Source: Methanotrichaceae archaeon
Lineage (GTDB): Archaea; Halobacteriota; Methanosarcinia; Methanotrichales; Methanotrichaceae
NCBI GenBank assembly: GCA_963748825.1
Contig: CAVVKN010000023.1
Span: 32,001-96,000, forward strand
Length of the DNA stretch: 64,000 bases
Direction: 5' to 3'
Shown here: piece after piece, positions 10,426 to 20,226 of the stretch
Numbering within the stretch: the first letter of the stretch is position 1
How the letters are laid out: each line of letters starts with the position of its first letter
Translations under genes and position numbers: made by a program
Notes under the pieces: model-generated
What the model saw: the letters and a program-made list of their open reading frames with translations, nothing else
The model's database searches: none
Told to the model about the DNA's origin: nothing

Positions 10426-12569
10426 CAGAGCCACCCCCGCGGGTCCTGGAAAGGATAACGATCTACGCCGCCCCCAGGAATTTGGCGCGGCACATCTCCA
10501 GGATTTCCTAAGACCTGATGGTCGCTCCAGTAGTTGCCGCCCACCGCAGGCCCGCCGTCCCACTGGTTTTGCCCGTTATCCGCAGCGTTCTGGAAGCCAT
10601 TTTTTGCGAAGATGTTATGGTAGAGCAAATTTCCAATGCAGTCCACTAAGTTAGCGCCCGCGATCTGGTTATCATAGATGTTATTCTCAGTGATGTTGAT
10701 GTCCTTAGAGCTGCTCATGCGCAGGCCAAAACGGCTATTCTCACCCAGGATATTTCCAGTGAGGTTCAGCCGGCGAGAGGACTGGACATAGATTCCCTGG
10801 CCGTTTCTCAGGGCGATATTGCTCTGGACATCGGCATCTAATAGCTGCTGAAGAGTGATGCCGTCTAACTTGTTTGCGCTGGCATTATTTGCTTGCAGAA
10901 AACAGGAATTGCTGCCCGTGAGGGATATGCCTCGATCATTGGAAAATGCAGCATTTCCGATAAGAGAGCAATTATGGGATTTGCTGAGAAGCACTCCATC
11001 CTCCTGGTTTTTGCTGGTGCTGCAGTTTTGAATCCTGCATAGCCGGGATCCATGAAGGGCTATACCGCTTTGGCAGGACTGTATTTCGCACCCTAACAGA
11101 CCCAGGCCCTGCGCGTCGTCAGCACGAAAGCCCTCGGCAGAGCAATTGCGGGCCAGGTCATAGGCAAACTGGCAGCCGGATGATCCCTCTGCTGCAAAGC
11201 CGGTCTTGCAGTCCAAAGCCCTGCAGCGGGATATGGTGCAGGCCAGGCTGTCCAGAAGAAGAAATCCCTTTTCAGCCCATGAGATGCTGCTGTTTAAGAT
11301 ATTGCAGTTGGTGGAATTGACCAGCAGCACGCCCGTGCTGCTGTTTCTTATGGTCAAGTTGGCGGCACGAATGTTTTTGCAGGATACAAGCCCCAAAAAG
11401 CCGCAGTCTGTTGGCACCATGAGATCGGCTTTTCCTACCAGATAGCAGATCGGCTTATTGTCTGCCAGATTGCTCTGGTCTATGTCCTGCACAAAGAAAT
11501 TATGATTTGATGACCCAGATTGGCCCTGGCCGGACTCAACACGCAAGTTGTAAGAGTTTTCCCGAAGGACGTTCTCCCTCAGCACATTTTTCGTGCAGCC
11601 GCGCAAAGAGATTCCATAGGTATTCCGGTATGCCTGGTTGGAGGAAAGAGAGTTTTCCAATGATCCCTGAAGAAGGATGCCGTTGCCATTCTCGGAAAGA
11701 TTATTGCTCGCCAGGAGGTTTTGGTAGGCTCCTTCGCCAAATATTCCTGCCCGCTCGTTCTTCAGACAGATGTTGCCGGAGACGTTGCAATTTTGCGATC
11801 CCCTCAGGCTTATGCCGACTTTACCGCCTGTTATGTAGTTTTTCGTCAGGTTGCTGCTGCGTGATTCGAATACATCAAGACCGCTCACAAAGCCGCTAGA
11901 AAGGTTGTTGTGGGAGACTTCATTGCCATGGGATCTGGTGAGCACCACCCCAAACCCGTTTCCAGAAAATGTGTTATTGACAACAGCGTTTCCTTTGGAG
12001 TCTTCAATTAGCACGCCCTGTAAAGCAGTGATTTGGCAGCCCGAGATCATGCCTTCCGATGTTCCGTTTATCCTAACTGCCGTGCCGCTCGATATCGTGC
12101 CCGAGATAGTGCTGCGCAGAACCTTATTTTTCGCGCCGAAGATCTCCACACCCTGCGGTGAATCGATCCGGCAATCCCTTATGGAATTATTCTCACCGGT
12201 CACTTCGACGGCCGTCGCGATGCCGGCTACGGTGCAGCGCACGAGTTGATTGTCTTGAGAGGCGAGGCTGACGGCAGCATCTTTTCCACTGGCCTTTATG
12301 GTGATGTCGGATATATTGCAACCGGGCGCAGTTACAGCTAATAATCCCTCTACAATTACAGCTCCTGTGCCGAAGATGTTCAGCCTTTTGTCCACAATAG
12401 CTCCTGCATAATTTCCCGGCAGGATTTGAATCGTATCTCCTGAGCTGCTAAGCTGGACCGCGGCCAAAAGCGTCTTAGCATCTCCTGATCCGCCCGGATC
12501 GACAATCAGGGTCTTGGCCTGGCAGGAAGCGACGAGAAGCAAGAGAATTAGGGCCGAGCATAGTTTCAT
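10425..12569 (-). CDS. Secreted right-handed parallel beta-helix (NosD/CASH repeat) surface protein
   Basis: Signal peptide MKLCSALILLLLVASCQA, many N..GI.L..S..N repeats, C-terminal GGNYWSD...DRYP. Confidence 0.88.
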   Translation of the reverse strand: MKLCSALILLLLVASCQAKTLIVDPGGSGDAKTLLAAVQLSSSGDTIQILPGNYAGAIVDKRLNIFGTGAVIVEGLLAVTAPGCNISDITIKASGKDAAVSLASQDNQLVRCTVAGIATAVEVTGENNSIRDCRIDSPQGVEIFGAKNKVLRSTISGTISSGTAVRINGTSEGMISGCQITALQGVLIEDSKGNAVVNNTFSGNGFGVVLTRSHGNEVSHNNLSSGFVSGLDVFESRSSNLTKNYITGGKVGISLRGSQNCNVSGNICLKNERAGIFGEGAYQNLLASNNLSENGNGILLQGSLENSLSSNQAYRNTYGISLRGCTKNVLRENVLRENSYNLRVESGQGQSGSSNHNFFVQDIDQSNLADNKPICYLVGKADLMVPTDCGFLGLVSCKNIRAANLTIRNSSTGVLLVNSTNCNILNSSISWAEKGFLLLDSLACTISRCRALDCKTGFAAEGSSGCQFAYDLARNCSAEGFRADDAQGLGLLGCEIQSCQSGIALHGSRLCRIQNCSTSKNQEDGVLLSKSHNCSLIGNAAFSNDRGISLTGSNSCFLQANNASANKLDGITLQQLLDADVQSNIALRNGQGIYVQSSRRLNLTGNILGENSRFGLRMSSSKDINITENNIYDNQIAGANLVDCIGNLLYHNIFAKNGFQNAADNGQNQWDGGPAVGGNYWSDHQVLGNPGDVPRQIPGGGVDRYPFQDPRGWL

Positions 12570-12835
12570 CTTTTCTACTTTATGCGTTTGCAGGCTATTA
12601 AATCTATGGCGGTCGGTATAGATTGTTATTAAATTACTCAATATTTTTTGAGATTAATTACCATCACTCTCGGGCTAATTGCGGCTTTTAGCATAGGACC
12701 CACGGACACTTCTGCCGCCAATACCGTGTTAATGATAATTATATATATTTTGTATTTTTTTGAGTTGAGGTCCATTGGTAGAAAGGTAGAAATATGCAAA
12801 TCTATCATCCTTATTTTGAGCAGGGAAGGATTCTC

Positions 12836-14098
12836 ATGGCAGGATTTCGCATTCTCATTATCGAAGACGATCCAGAGCATGCCGAGCTGATTAGAATGGG
12901 CTTTAGAAGGCATGACGAATTCTTCTTAGACTTTGCCGCCTCTGGAGAAGAGGGGCTGAGGATGATCGCCGCCACCGCCTATGACCTGATCTCCGTGGAC
13001 CTGGTCTTGCCCGGCATTGGGGGCCTGGATGTTCTGGTGAGGATCAGAAAGCTTGATCCGGACATTCCCGTGGTCATGGTTTCAGGCCACGGCACTACAG
13101 AGATGGCGGTAGTGGCCTTTGAGAACAGGGCTACCAAATATGTGGTCAAGAGCCTGGAAAGCTTCAAGAGCCTTCCTTATGTCTTCGAGAACCTTATTCA
13201 AGAGGCCCGATTCAGGGGCAACGAAAGAGCAATGCGTGGGCAGATCGAGCGATCAGAGAGAATCCATAGGAATATTGTGGAGAACGCCCTGGCAGGCATT
13301 TACATTTTGCAGGAGGGGGCTTTCAGGCTTGTCAATCCAAAGCTGGGAGAAATATTCGGCTGCTCTGCAGAGAGCCTGATTGGCCGGCCCTTCTGGCAAC
13401 TCGTAAAGCCCGATGATATGCAGTGCGTGAGCCGCCTGCAGCGCGACTTGCAGTCCGATATACCCGTTTATGAGTCGAAGGTGCAGCGCAAAGACGGAAC
13501 CTGTCGCTGGATAGAGTTTCGGACCGTTCCCATTGAGTACGATGGCAAAAGAGCAATCCTGGGCAATCTCCTGGACATAACGGCAAGAAAAGAGCTGGAG
13601 ATTGGAATAATGCAAGCAAACCGGGAACTTGCCGCCATCGACGGCATAATGCAGACCAGTTTGCCCTCAGCAGAGAATATGGATAAGAAGCTGACCGATG
13701 CCCTGACCCATCTCATAACAGGCATGGGTGGTGCAGAGGTAGGGGGAGTATTTCTCAGGGAAGAGAGTGGCCTGGTGCTGCGGGCGCTGCACGGATCGGT
13801 GGAGGAGCTAATCGAGTTTATCAGTGGAATGGAAGCGGGCATTCTTCTGGGCCAGCCTCGTGTCCAAAGATGCGAGGCGGGCTCACAGCATAGCTGGATG
13901 TCGGCACCCATAATCTGTGCGGGCGAGACAAAGGGAGCTGTGGTCGTTGCCTGTGCTGATGCCAGCAGCACACAAGGCCTCAACTTTTTGGAAAAGGCAG
14001 CCGGGCGCATCGGCCATCTCCTGGATGTGTGCGGCCCAAATAAGATGATGCTTCCGTCAGAGGAGATGCTGGCCCAGATCAAAACCAGTTCCACTTAA
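12836..14098 (+). CDS. Response-regulator receiver + PAS + GAF-like domain protein
   Basis: ILIIEDD, DLVLPGIGG, VSGHG, YVVK receiver motifs, then a PAS domain (GIYILQ..VNP..RKDG..WI..DITARK). Confidence 0.85.
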   Translation: MAGFRILIIEDDPEHAELIRMGFRRHDEFFLDFAASGEEGLRMIAATAYDLISVDLVLPGIGGLDVLVRIRKLDPDIPVVMVSGHGTTEMAVVAFENRATKYVVKSLESFKSLPYVFENLIQEARFRGNERAMRGQIERSERIHRNIVENALAGIYILQEGAFRLVNPKLGEIFGCSAESLIGRPFWQLVKPDDMQCVSRLQRDLQSDIPVYESKVQRKDGTCRWIEFRTVPIEYDGKRAILGNLLDITARKELEIGIMQANRELAAIDGIMQTSLPSAENMDKKLTDALTHLITGMGGAEVGGVFLREESGLVLRALHGSVEELIEFISGMEAGILLGQPRVQRCEAGSQHSWMSAPIICAGETKGAVVVACADASSTQGLNFLEKAAGRIGHLLDVCGPNKMMLPSEEMLAQIKTSST

Positions 14099-14139
14099 GG
14101 CTAAAGATCTCAAAATCACTTTGCGCTGCCGAATTATCC

Positions 14140-14643
14140 TCAGCCAAAAAATTCATCCAGCCAGTTCACCTGGCCGGGGGGAAGCTCAAGCCTTCCCCGG
14201 ATTATTCCGGTCACTAGATCTGCCACCTCTTGGGGGCTCTTTTCTGTGGTATCAATCTCATCAACCCGGGCACATAGCTCCACCGCCTCGACCAAAATAA
14301 CATCCAGCGCTTCTGCCTCCAGGTTTTCCTTTATTTTTGGGGCAGAGTAGCCTCGCGCCTCCAGCCGCGACTCGAGTATGACGGGATCCAGCCGCAAAAC
14401 AATGGACCAGTCTGCGAAGTGATGGGAGAAATGGCCTTCCAGGATAAGGGTCTCACCTGGGTCCAGCTTTGCCAGATAGTACGCAAGAGCATCCATGTCC
14501 GCCTCCAGGCAGCCCCGTTCCGGATCTTTGCCAAAATTCATGCCCTCTTTCACCAGGGCATTTATATCGATGACCTTGTAGGGCAAAAGCCCGGCAACGG
14601 TGGTCTTTCCCGTGCCGGGGGTGCCGGTAAGTGCTATTTGCAT
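14140..14643 (-). CDS. Adenylate kinase AK6/Fap7 family
   Basis: TGTPGTGKTT P-loop, EGH motif, RLEARGY..KIKENLEAE. Confidence 0.9.
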   Translation of the reverse strand: MQIALTGTPGTGKTTVAGLLPYKVIDINALVKEGMNFGKDPERGCLEADMDALAYYLAKLDPGETLILEGHFSHHFADWSIVLRLDPVILESRLEARGYSAPKIKENLEAEALDVILVEAVELCARVDEIDTTEKSPQEVADLVTGIIRGRLELPPGQVNWLDEFFG

Positions 14644-15704
14644 ATTTCCCGGAAAGCGGAAAGGAAGCGATCGTTCTCAGAAGGCGTTCCCACGGTCACC
14701 CGAGCATGATGCTCGCCTGCTCCCCAAAAGGAGCGGCAATCGCGTATGATTATGCCTCTGGCCAGAAATTTCTCCACAAATTCATGGGAGTCTTGCTGCG
14801 TCTCCAGGTAAAGGAAGTTGGCCTGAGAGGGGTGCGCCTTTATCTCCTTATGCAGCCGCTGCCGCTCTGATATTATCTTTTCCACGGACTGTCGCATGAA
14901 GGGCAGATCGACTAGCGCGGCAACTCCTGCCGCAACCGTTGCACAGCTGATGCCGTAGAAGGGAGGCGCAGCTCTTCTGTACTGATCGGCTATCCACTGG
15001 GGCGCCACGCCGTAGCCCAGCCGCATGCCCGCCAGGCCGAAGGCTTTGGACAGGGTGCGGCCCACGATCAAGTTGTCATACTGCTCTACCAGTCGGATGA
15101 GGCTCTTGTCGGCAAATTCCACATAAGCCTCGTCCAGGAACACAATTCCGTTCGTGCTCTCCAGCAGGGCGCGTACTTCCTCCTCGCTCGCCACATTGCC
15201 GGTGGGATTGTTGGGCGAGCAGAGAAAGGCCATCTTTGTGTCCGGCGGCACATCGTTTGTGATCTCAAAATGCGGCCCGCGAGGCGCGAGGTTGGGGGTG
15301 GCCCCGGCGGTAATGGTCAGTATCTCATAGTAGCTGAAGGTAGGAGTAGGAATGAATGTCCGATCGCCCTTTTCCAAAAAGAGACGGGTCAGGGTGTCCA
15401 TAACGCCATCCATGCCCGCTCCGATTATTATCATCTCTTCGGGAAAGCCGGTATAGGCGGCGATGCCCGCAATCAGTTCCTCGGGCTCAGGGTATCTCTC
15501 CGGGGAGATGCAGGCCAGAGCCTCTGCCACCCTGGGGCTGGGGCCATAGGGATTCTCGTTGCTGCCCAGCTTCACAATCGATTCCTGCTTCAGGCCATAT
15601 TTGCGGGAGATCTCGCCGAAGCCCTTGCCGGCCACGTAGGGCTTGAGCTGACTTAAGACCGGACGCAACATGGACTGCCGCCAGGAATCAGAGTGACTCT
15701 CCAA
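14634..15704 (-). CDS. hisC: Histidinol-phosphate aminotransferase
   Basis: KLGSNENPYG, SPNNPTG, DEAY, RTLSKAFGLAGMRLGY. Confidence 0.93.
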   Translation of the reverse strand: MESHSDSWRQSMLRPVLSQLKPYVAGKGFGEISRKYGLKQESIVKLGSNENPYGPSPRVAEALACISPERYPEPEELIAGIAAYTGFPEEMIIIGAGMDGVMDTLTRLFLEKGDRTFIPTPTFSYYEILTITAGATPNLAPRGPHFEITNDVPPDTKMAFLCSPNNPTGNVASEEEVRALLESTNGIVFLDEAYVEFADKSLIRLVEQYDNLIVGRTLSKAFGLAGMRLGYGVAPQWIADQYRRAAPPFYGISCATVAAGVAALVDLPFMRQSVEKIISERQRLHKEIKAHPSQANFLYLETQQDSHEFVEKFLARGIIIRDCRSFWGAGEHHARVTVGTPSENDRFLSAFREICK

Positions 15705-16836
15705 TCACGCTCACCACTTTATCGATCTCAGCTTTTCCGACTACCAAGGGCGGAATGAAGCGGAGGGTGTGCTCGCCTGTGCTGTTGATCAGCACTCCCT
15801 TTTGCAGAGCCTTTTCCACCAGCAACTTGCAGTCCGCGTCAAGGTCCAGGCCCACCATCAATCCCAGGCCGCGTATTTCGCGGGGCGCGAGCTTTTCCAG
15901 CTGACTCTTAAGGTATGCGCCCATCTCCTCGGACCTTTGCACCAGATTCTCATCTTTTATGACCTGGATTGTAGCCAGCGCGGCGGCGCAGATGAGGGGG
16001 CCTCCGGCAAAGGTTGATCCGTGGTCGCCCTTCTGGAAGGCCTCTGCGGCTGCGCCAGCCGCCAGCATGGCGCCAATGGGCAGGCCTCCTCCAATGGCTT
16101 TGGCAAGGGTGATGATGTCCGGCATAACCCCGAAGTGATCTTTGCCAAACCACTTTCCCGTACGCCCAAAGCCGGTCTGCACCTCATCGAAGATGAGCAG
16201 CGCTCCCTTATCATCGCATATCTGCCGTGCCGCACGCAGGTATTCGGCGTCGGCTACATAGACTCCGGCTTCTCCCTGCACCGGCTCCAGGATGACGGCA
16301 CCCGTTTCGCTTGTCACAGCGACTTTGAGAGCTTCCACATCGTTAAAGGGAACGAATGTCGCTTCGTTCAAAGGCTGGAAAGGCGCGCGATAGATGGATT
16401 TGTAGGTGGTGCCCAAAGCGCCCAGGGTGCGACCGTGAAAGGCGCGCTCGGCGGCTACGATCTTCGATTTGCCGGTGGTCCGGCGAGTCAGCTTTAGGGC
16501 AGCCTCCACGCTCTCTGCGCCGGAATTGCAGAAGTAAGCCCTCTTCATGCCCGTAAGAGCCGTCAGCTCTTCCGCCAAGAGCACCTGATTTTCCGTGTAG
16601 TAGAGGTTGGAGGTGTGGATTAACGTCTCAGCCTGCCTGGCTATGGCTTTAGCTACAGCCGGGTGGCAGTGGCCTACGTTGTTTACGGCGATGCCGGCCA
16701 CGAAGTCCAGATACTCCTTTCCTTCCGAGTCCCAGACACTGGCTTTACTGCCGCGCACGAGGACTACATCCTGGCGGGCGTAGGTCTGGATTATGGCTTG
16801 CGATTCCCTAGCTTTCAGATCATTTTTGTCGGTCAT
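15688..16836 (-). CDS. argD: Acetylornithine aminotransferase
   Basis: DFVAGIAVNNVGH, FHGRT, EPVQGEAG, DEVQTGFGRTG, HGSTFAG. Confidence 0.93.
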   Translation of the reverse strand: MTDKNDLKARESQAIIQTYARQDVVLVRGSKASVWDSEGKEYLDFVAGIAVNNVGHCHPAVAKAIARQAETLIHTSNLYYTENQVLLAEELTALTGMKRAYFCNSGAESVEAALKLTRRTTGKSKIVAAERAFHGRTLGALGTTYKSIYRAPFQPLNEATFVPFNDVEALKVAVTSETGAVILEPVQGEAGVYVADAEYLRAARQICDDKGALLIFDEVQTGFGRTGKWFGKDHFGVMPDIITLAKAIGGGLPIGAMLAAGAAAEAFQKGDHGSTFAGGPLICAAALATIQVIKDENLVQRSEEMGAYLKSQLEKLAPREIRGLGLMVGLDLDADCKLLVEKALQKGVLINSTGEHTLRFIPPLVVGKAEIDKVVSVIGESL

Positions 16837-16906
16837 AAGTATTGATTCCGGTTTCGTCTCTTTTGCTTGGGTTTACGTCTCAATAACGTGCTCAAACATC
16901 GAACTC

Positions 16907-17548
16907 TTACAGCGCACTCTTCGCAAATTTCAGGCTCATCTGTATCTGGCGGTTGACGTCGCGAGAGGTGATCTCCATGTGTCCGGGATACATGGTTTGT
17001 ACATCCAATTTGGTCAGCCGTTCAATGGATCTGACCAGCTCCGGAGTGTCGCCTCCGTACATGTCCGTGCGGCCGATGTTCCCGTCCGGAAATACCGTGT
17101 CTCCGGAGAAGAGCACCTTCGCATCCTTCTCGTAGAGGCAGAGGCAGCCCAGGGAGTGGCCGGGGGTCTCCATGACCTGCAGCTTCCATTCCCCAATATC
17201 CAGGACCATGCCCTCCTTAAGGGTCTCATCCACCTTATAATCCGGGGCCTGCTGGCCGAAGAGATAGGCCACCGAGGCCATGTCGTCTCCTACCGCACCC
17301 ACCTCTTTCTCGCTCAGAAGGATCCGCGCACCCGTCGCCTCCTTGAGCGCCGGCGCAGCCCCAGAGTGGTCGTGATGGCAGTGAGTGAGAACGATCATCT
17401 CGATCTTAGTGGGATCAATAAATTTCTTGATATTTTTTAGGGTCGGGCCGGCCATCATGCCTGCATCTACCAAAATGGGCTTCTTGTCCAGGATCAGGTA
17501 GACATTGCCATCGAATGCCGCACCGCTAACCTTATGCACTTCAACCAT
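16907..17548 (-). CDS. MBL-fold metallo-hydrolase
   Basis: THCHHDH, TPGHS, FSGD, PGH motifs. Confidence 0.9.
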   Translation of the reverse strand: MVEVHKVSGAAFDGNVYLILDKKPILVDAGMMAGPTLKNIKKFIDPTKIEMIVLTHCHHDHSGAAPALKEATGARILLSEKEVGAVGDDMASVAYLFGQQAPDYKVDETLKEGMVLDIGEWKLQVMETPGHSLGCLCLYEKDAKVLFSGDTVFPDGNIGRTDMYGGDTPELVRSIERLTKLDVQTMYPGHMEITSRDVNRQIQMSLKFAKSAL

Positions 17549-17581
17549 GAGATAAACACCTTAGCTCTTACAATATATTAG

Positions 17582-18883
17582 TTGGTATTAATGACGTTGA
17601 TGCAAGAGGCAAGCAGAGGGCGCGTGCCCCGTGAGATCGAGGCCGTGGCCAAGCGCGAGGGAATAGAGCCGGCGAAGCTGGCCCGTCTTGTGGCCTTGGG
17701 CCGGGTGGTCATACCAAGGAACATCCGCCGCGAGAGGCTGCAGCCCACCGGCATAGGCGAGCTGCTCACCACCAAGGTAAATGTGAATGTGGGCACATCG
17801 CAAAACCTGGACTCTCCGCAAAGCGAGGTGGAAAAGGCCCTGGCTGCCGTGACAGCAGGCGCAGACGCAGTGATGGACCTGTCCACAGGCGGGGATCTGG
17901 ACGCAGTGCGACGGATGATTTTGGACGCGGTCAGCGTTCCCGTGGGCAGCGTACCACTCTACAATGCGGCCGTCAAAAAGGACCTGACCAGCCAGGGATT
18001 TTTCAATGCCCTGGAAAAGCATGCCAAAGACGGCGTGGACTTCGTCACAGTGCATGTGGGCGTGAACAAGAATTCTCTGGAGCGGCTTCGCCTCGATCCG
18101 CGCGTCTTGGGCGTGGTGAGCCGTGGTGGTTCTCTGACCATGAAGTACATCAGCGAGACGGGCGAGGACAATCCCTACTACTCTGAGTACGACTATCTCC
18201 TGGAGATGGCCAAAGAGTATGATCTGACTCTCTCTTTGGGCGACGGCCTTCGGCCTGGCTGCATTGAGGATGCCTCTGACCGCGCCAAGTACATGGAGTT
18301 CATCATGCTGGGAGAGATGGTGAAGAGAGCTCGCGCCGCAGGAGTGCAGGCCATGGTGGAGGGCCCGGGACATGTGCCCGCCGATGAGATCGAAACCAGC
18401 GTCAAGGCCATGAAGCATTTAACGGACGGCGCGCCCCTCTACCTTTTGGGTCCGCTGGTCACGGACATTGCGCCGGGCTACGACCACATCACCGCCGCCA
18501 TGGGCGGAGTGATTGCGGGCATGGCGGGAGCGGACTTTCTCTGCGCCACCACGCCCTCCGAGCACCTGGACCTTCCCACCAAGGAGGACGTGATCGAGGG
18601 CACCTACGTCACAAGGGTCGCGGCCCATGCCGCGGACCTCACCCGTCCGGGCGTGCGGGAGAGGGCGAGGGCCTGGGATTTGCAGATGGCCCGCGCACGC
18701 GCCGATCTGAACTGGGAAGGGCAGTTTCAGGCGGCCATAAATCCGGCCAAAGCAAAGATGATCCGTCACCGCAGGGGCGTGGAGACGGACACCTGCACCA
18801 TGTGCTCGGAGCTATGTGCCATCAGGCTCGCGAAAGAGGCCATGGAGAAGGGTATGGGCAAGAAAAGTATGGGTGGAAAATAG
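17582..18883 (+). CDS. thiC: ThiC-family radical SAM enzyme (HMP-P synthase or 5-hydroxybenzimidazole synthase paralog)
   Basis: [43 protein letters not shown]-terminal CTMCSELC. Confidence 0.88.
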   Translation: MVLMTLMQEASRGRVPREIEAVAKREGIEPAKLARLVALGRVVIPRNIRRERLQPTGIGELLTTKVNVNVGTSQNLDSPQSEVEKALAAVTAGADAVMDLSTGGDLDAVRRMILDAVSVPVGSVPLYNAAVKKDLTSQGFFNALEKHAKDGVDFVTVHVGVNKNSLERLRLDPRVLGVVSRGGSLTMKYISETGEDNPYYSEYDYLLEMAKEYDLTLSLGDGLRPGCIEDASDRAKYMEFIMLGEMVKRARAAGVQAMVEGPGHVPADEIETSVKAMKHLTDGAPLYLLGPLVTDIAPGYDHITAAMGGVIAGMAGADFLCATTPSEHLDLPTKEDVIEGTYVTRVAAHAADLTRPGVRERARAWDLQMARARADLNWEGQFQAAINPAKAKMIRHRRGVETDTCTMCSELCAIRLAKEAMEKGMGKKSMGGK

Positions 18884-18983
18884 TGGGATAACGGGTTTTG
18901 GAAATTGCCAAACGACTGCGTTGAGAAGATGGATTTTGATCTCGAGCCTCATCGCGAGCTTAGCTAAATCTCCGGCATCAACC

Positions 18984-19436
18984 CTACTTTTCCTCCAGAT
19001 TTGTCTTCCCCTTACAACGACTACACAATCCTGTTATATCAAGAACCTGTCCTGTTACGGAGAATTTTGCATCTGCGGCAACCTCCGCTATGACCTTAGA
19101 TACAAGTGGATTTATCCAGTCGACGATGCTGTCGCATTGCAAGCAAACCAGGTGCACATGTGGCTGCATATCTGGATCGAATCTTGCTTTGCTCTGAGGC
19201 AGATTCATCTCCTGAAGCAAACCAACCTCTTTTAGAATCAGTAAGGTCGCATAAACTGTAGCCAGGCTTACAGTTGGATAAGTCTTCTTGATTTGGCTAT
19301 AGATCATCTTCGCGGTTGGATGATCACGACTGCATAATGCAAATCGGCTAATCGCCAGCCTCTGGGGCGTAGCCTTGTAGCCCTTTCCCCGGAAGGCTTT
19401 GATTATCGAGGAGTCCAAATCATGAATGTCGCTCAT
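18984..19436 (-). CDS. Fur/PerR family transcriptional regulator
   Basis: TPQRLAI, HPTA, SLATVY, HVHLVCLQC and C-terminal CSRC. Confidence 0.92.
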   Translation of the reverse strand: MSDIHDLDSSIIKAFRGKGYKATPQRLAISRFALCSRDHPTAKMIYSQIKKTYPTVSLATVYATLLILKEVGLLQEMNLPQSKARFDPDMQPHVHLVCLQCDSIVDWINPLVSKVIAEVAADAKFSVTGQVLDITGLCSRCKGKTNLEEK

Positions 19437-19449
19437 GGCAATTATTAGG

Positions 19450-19464
19450 TAATAATCATTCTTA
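19450..19464. promoter_or_regulatory. Fur/Per-box-like 7-1-7 inverted repeat (TAATAAT-C-ATTCTTA)
   Basis: 6 of 7 positions form an inverted repeat, 13 bp upstream of the Fur/PerR start codon. Confidence 0.6.
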
Positions 19465-19732
19465 AATAAAGCTATGTATTACATTTAACAATATAGGCAA
19501 GTGTCTTCTCGCAATAGAATCAGATCGCCTTCATACAATCAGGACTAATTGAATATCCGGCAGCAGTAATAGACGGTTCTGCTGCAAGAGAATGATCTGT
19601 CAACAAGCGGAAGCATTTCCTCAGAGGACGAATAAGAACGAGAAGTTCATGCCAGGGTTGCTCCAAGCAGCTCAATGTCTGCAGGCTTATGCCCGACCAG
19701 ACGCTGAAAAAGCTGTCGTAAATGGAGGTATC

Positions 19733-20014
19733 ATGATAGATAATCTGGATAGTACCGATCGCATGTTAGCTTCTGTTGAAAGAGAATTAGAAAAAGATCC
19801 GGATAGCTGGGAAGCACAGGCTGCGAAAGCGGATATATTATTCTCATTAGGCATGTATGGATTGGCAATTCGATGTTGTGACAGGTCCCTGGCACTAAAT
19901 CCGGATAATGTGCTGACCTGGGTAACCAAAGTTGCGGCTCTCAAGAAACTCGGGAGAAAAGAGGAAGAAGAAGCTGCCCTGACTAAAGCCATGGAGCTGG
20001 GATATAAAGGATGA
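19733..20014 (+). CDS. Small tetratricopeptide-repeat protein
   Basis: GGAGGT RBS before ATG 19733. KADILFSLGMYGLAIRCCDRSLALNPDN..W..K..AL..LGR matches the TPR consensus. Confidence 0.8.
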   Translation: MIDNLDSTDRMLASVERELEKDPDSWEAQAAKADILFSLGMYGLAIRCCDRSLALNPDNVLTWVTKVAALKKLGRKEEEEAALTKAMELGYKG

Positions 20015-20226
20015 TTTATCCACCATGAATCCCAACACCACCTAACAAAAACTCTTTTCCGGCTGATTAAGGAGCTGCTAAGATCGTCTTTCAGACTCTT
20101 AGAGTAAGAATATCGAGGCCAGTCGATATGCTTATATTCAGTGAAATCATTAAATAGTTTTACTGTGAATAGAACGATGCTTGAGCGCTGCCTTGCGGCG
20201 AAAAGCATCCATAAGGTTGATCTGCC

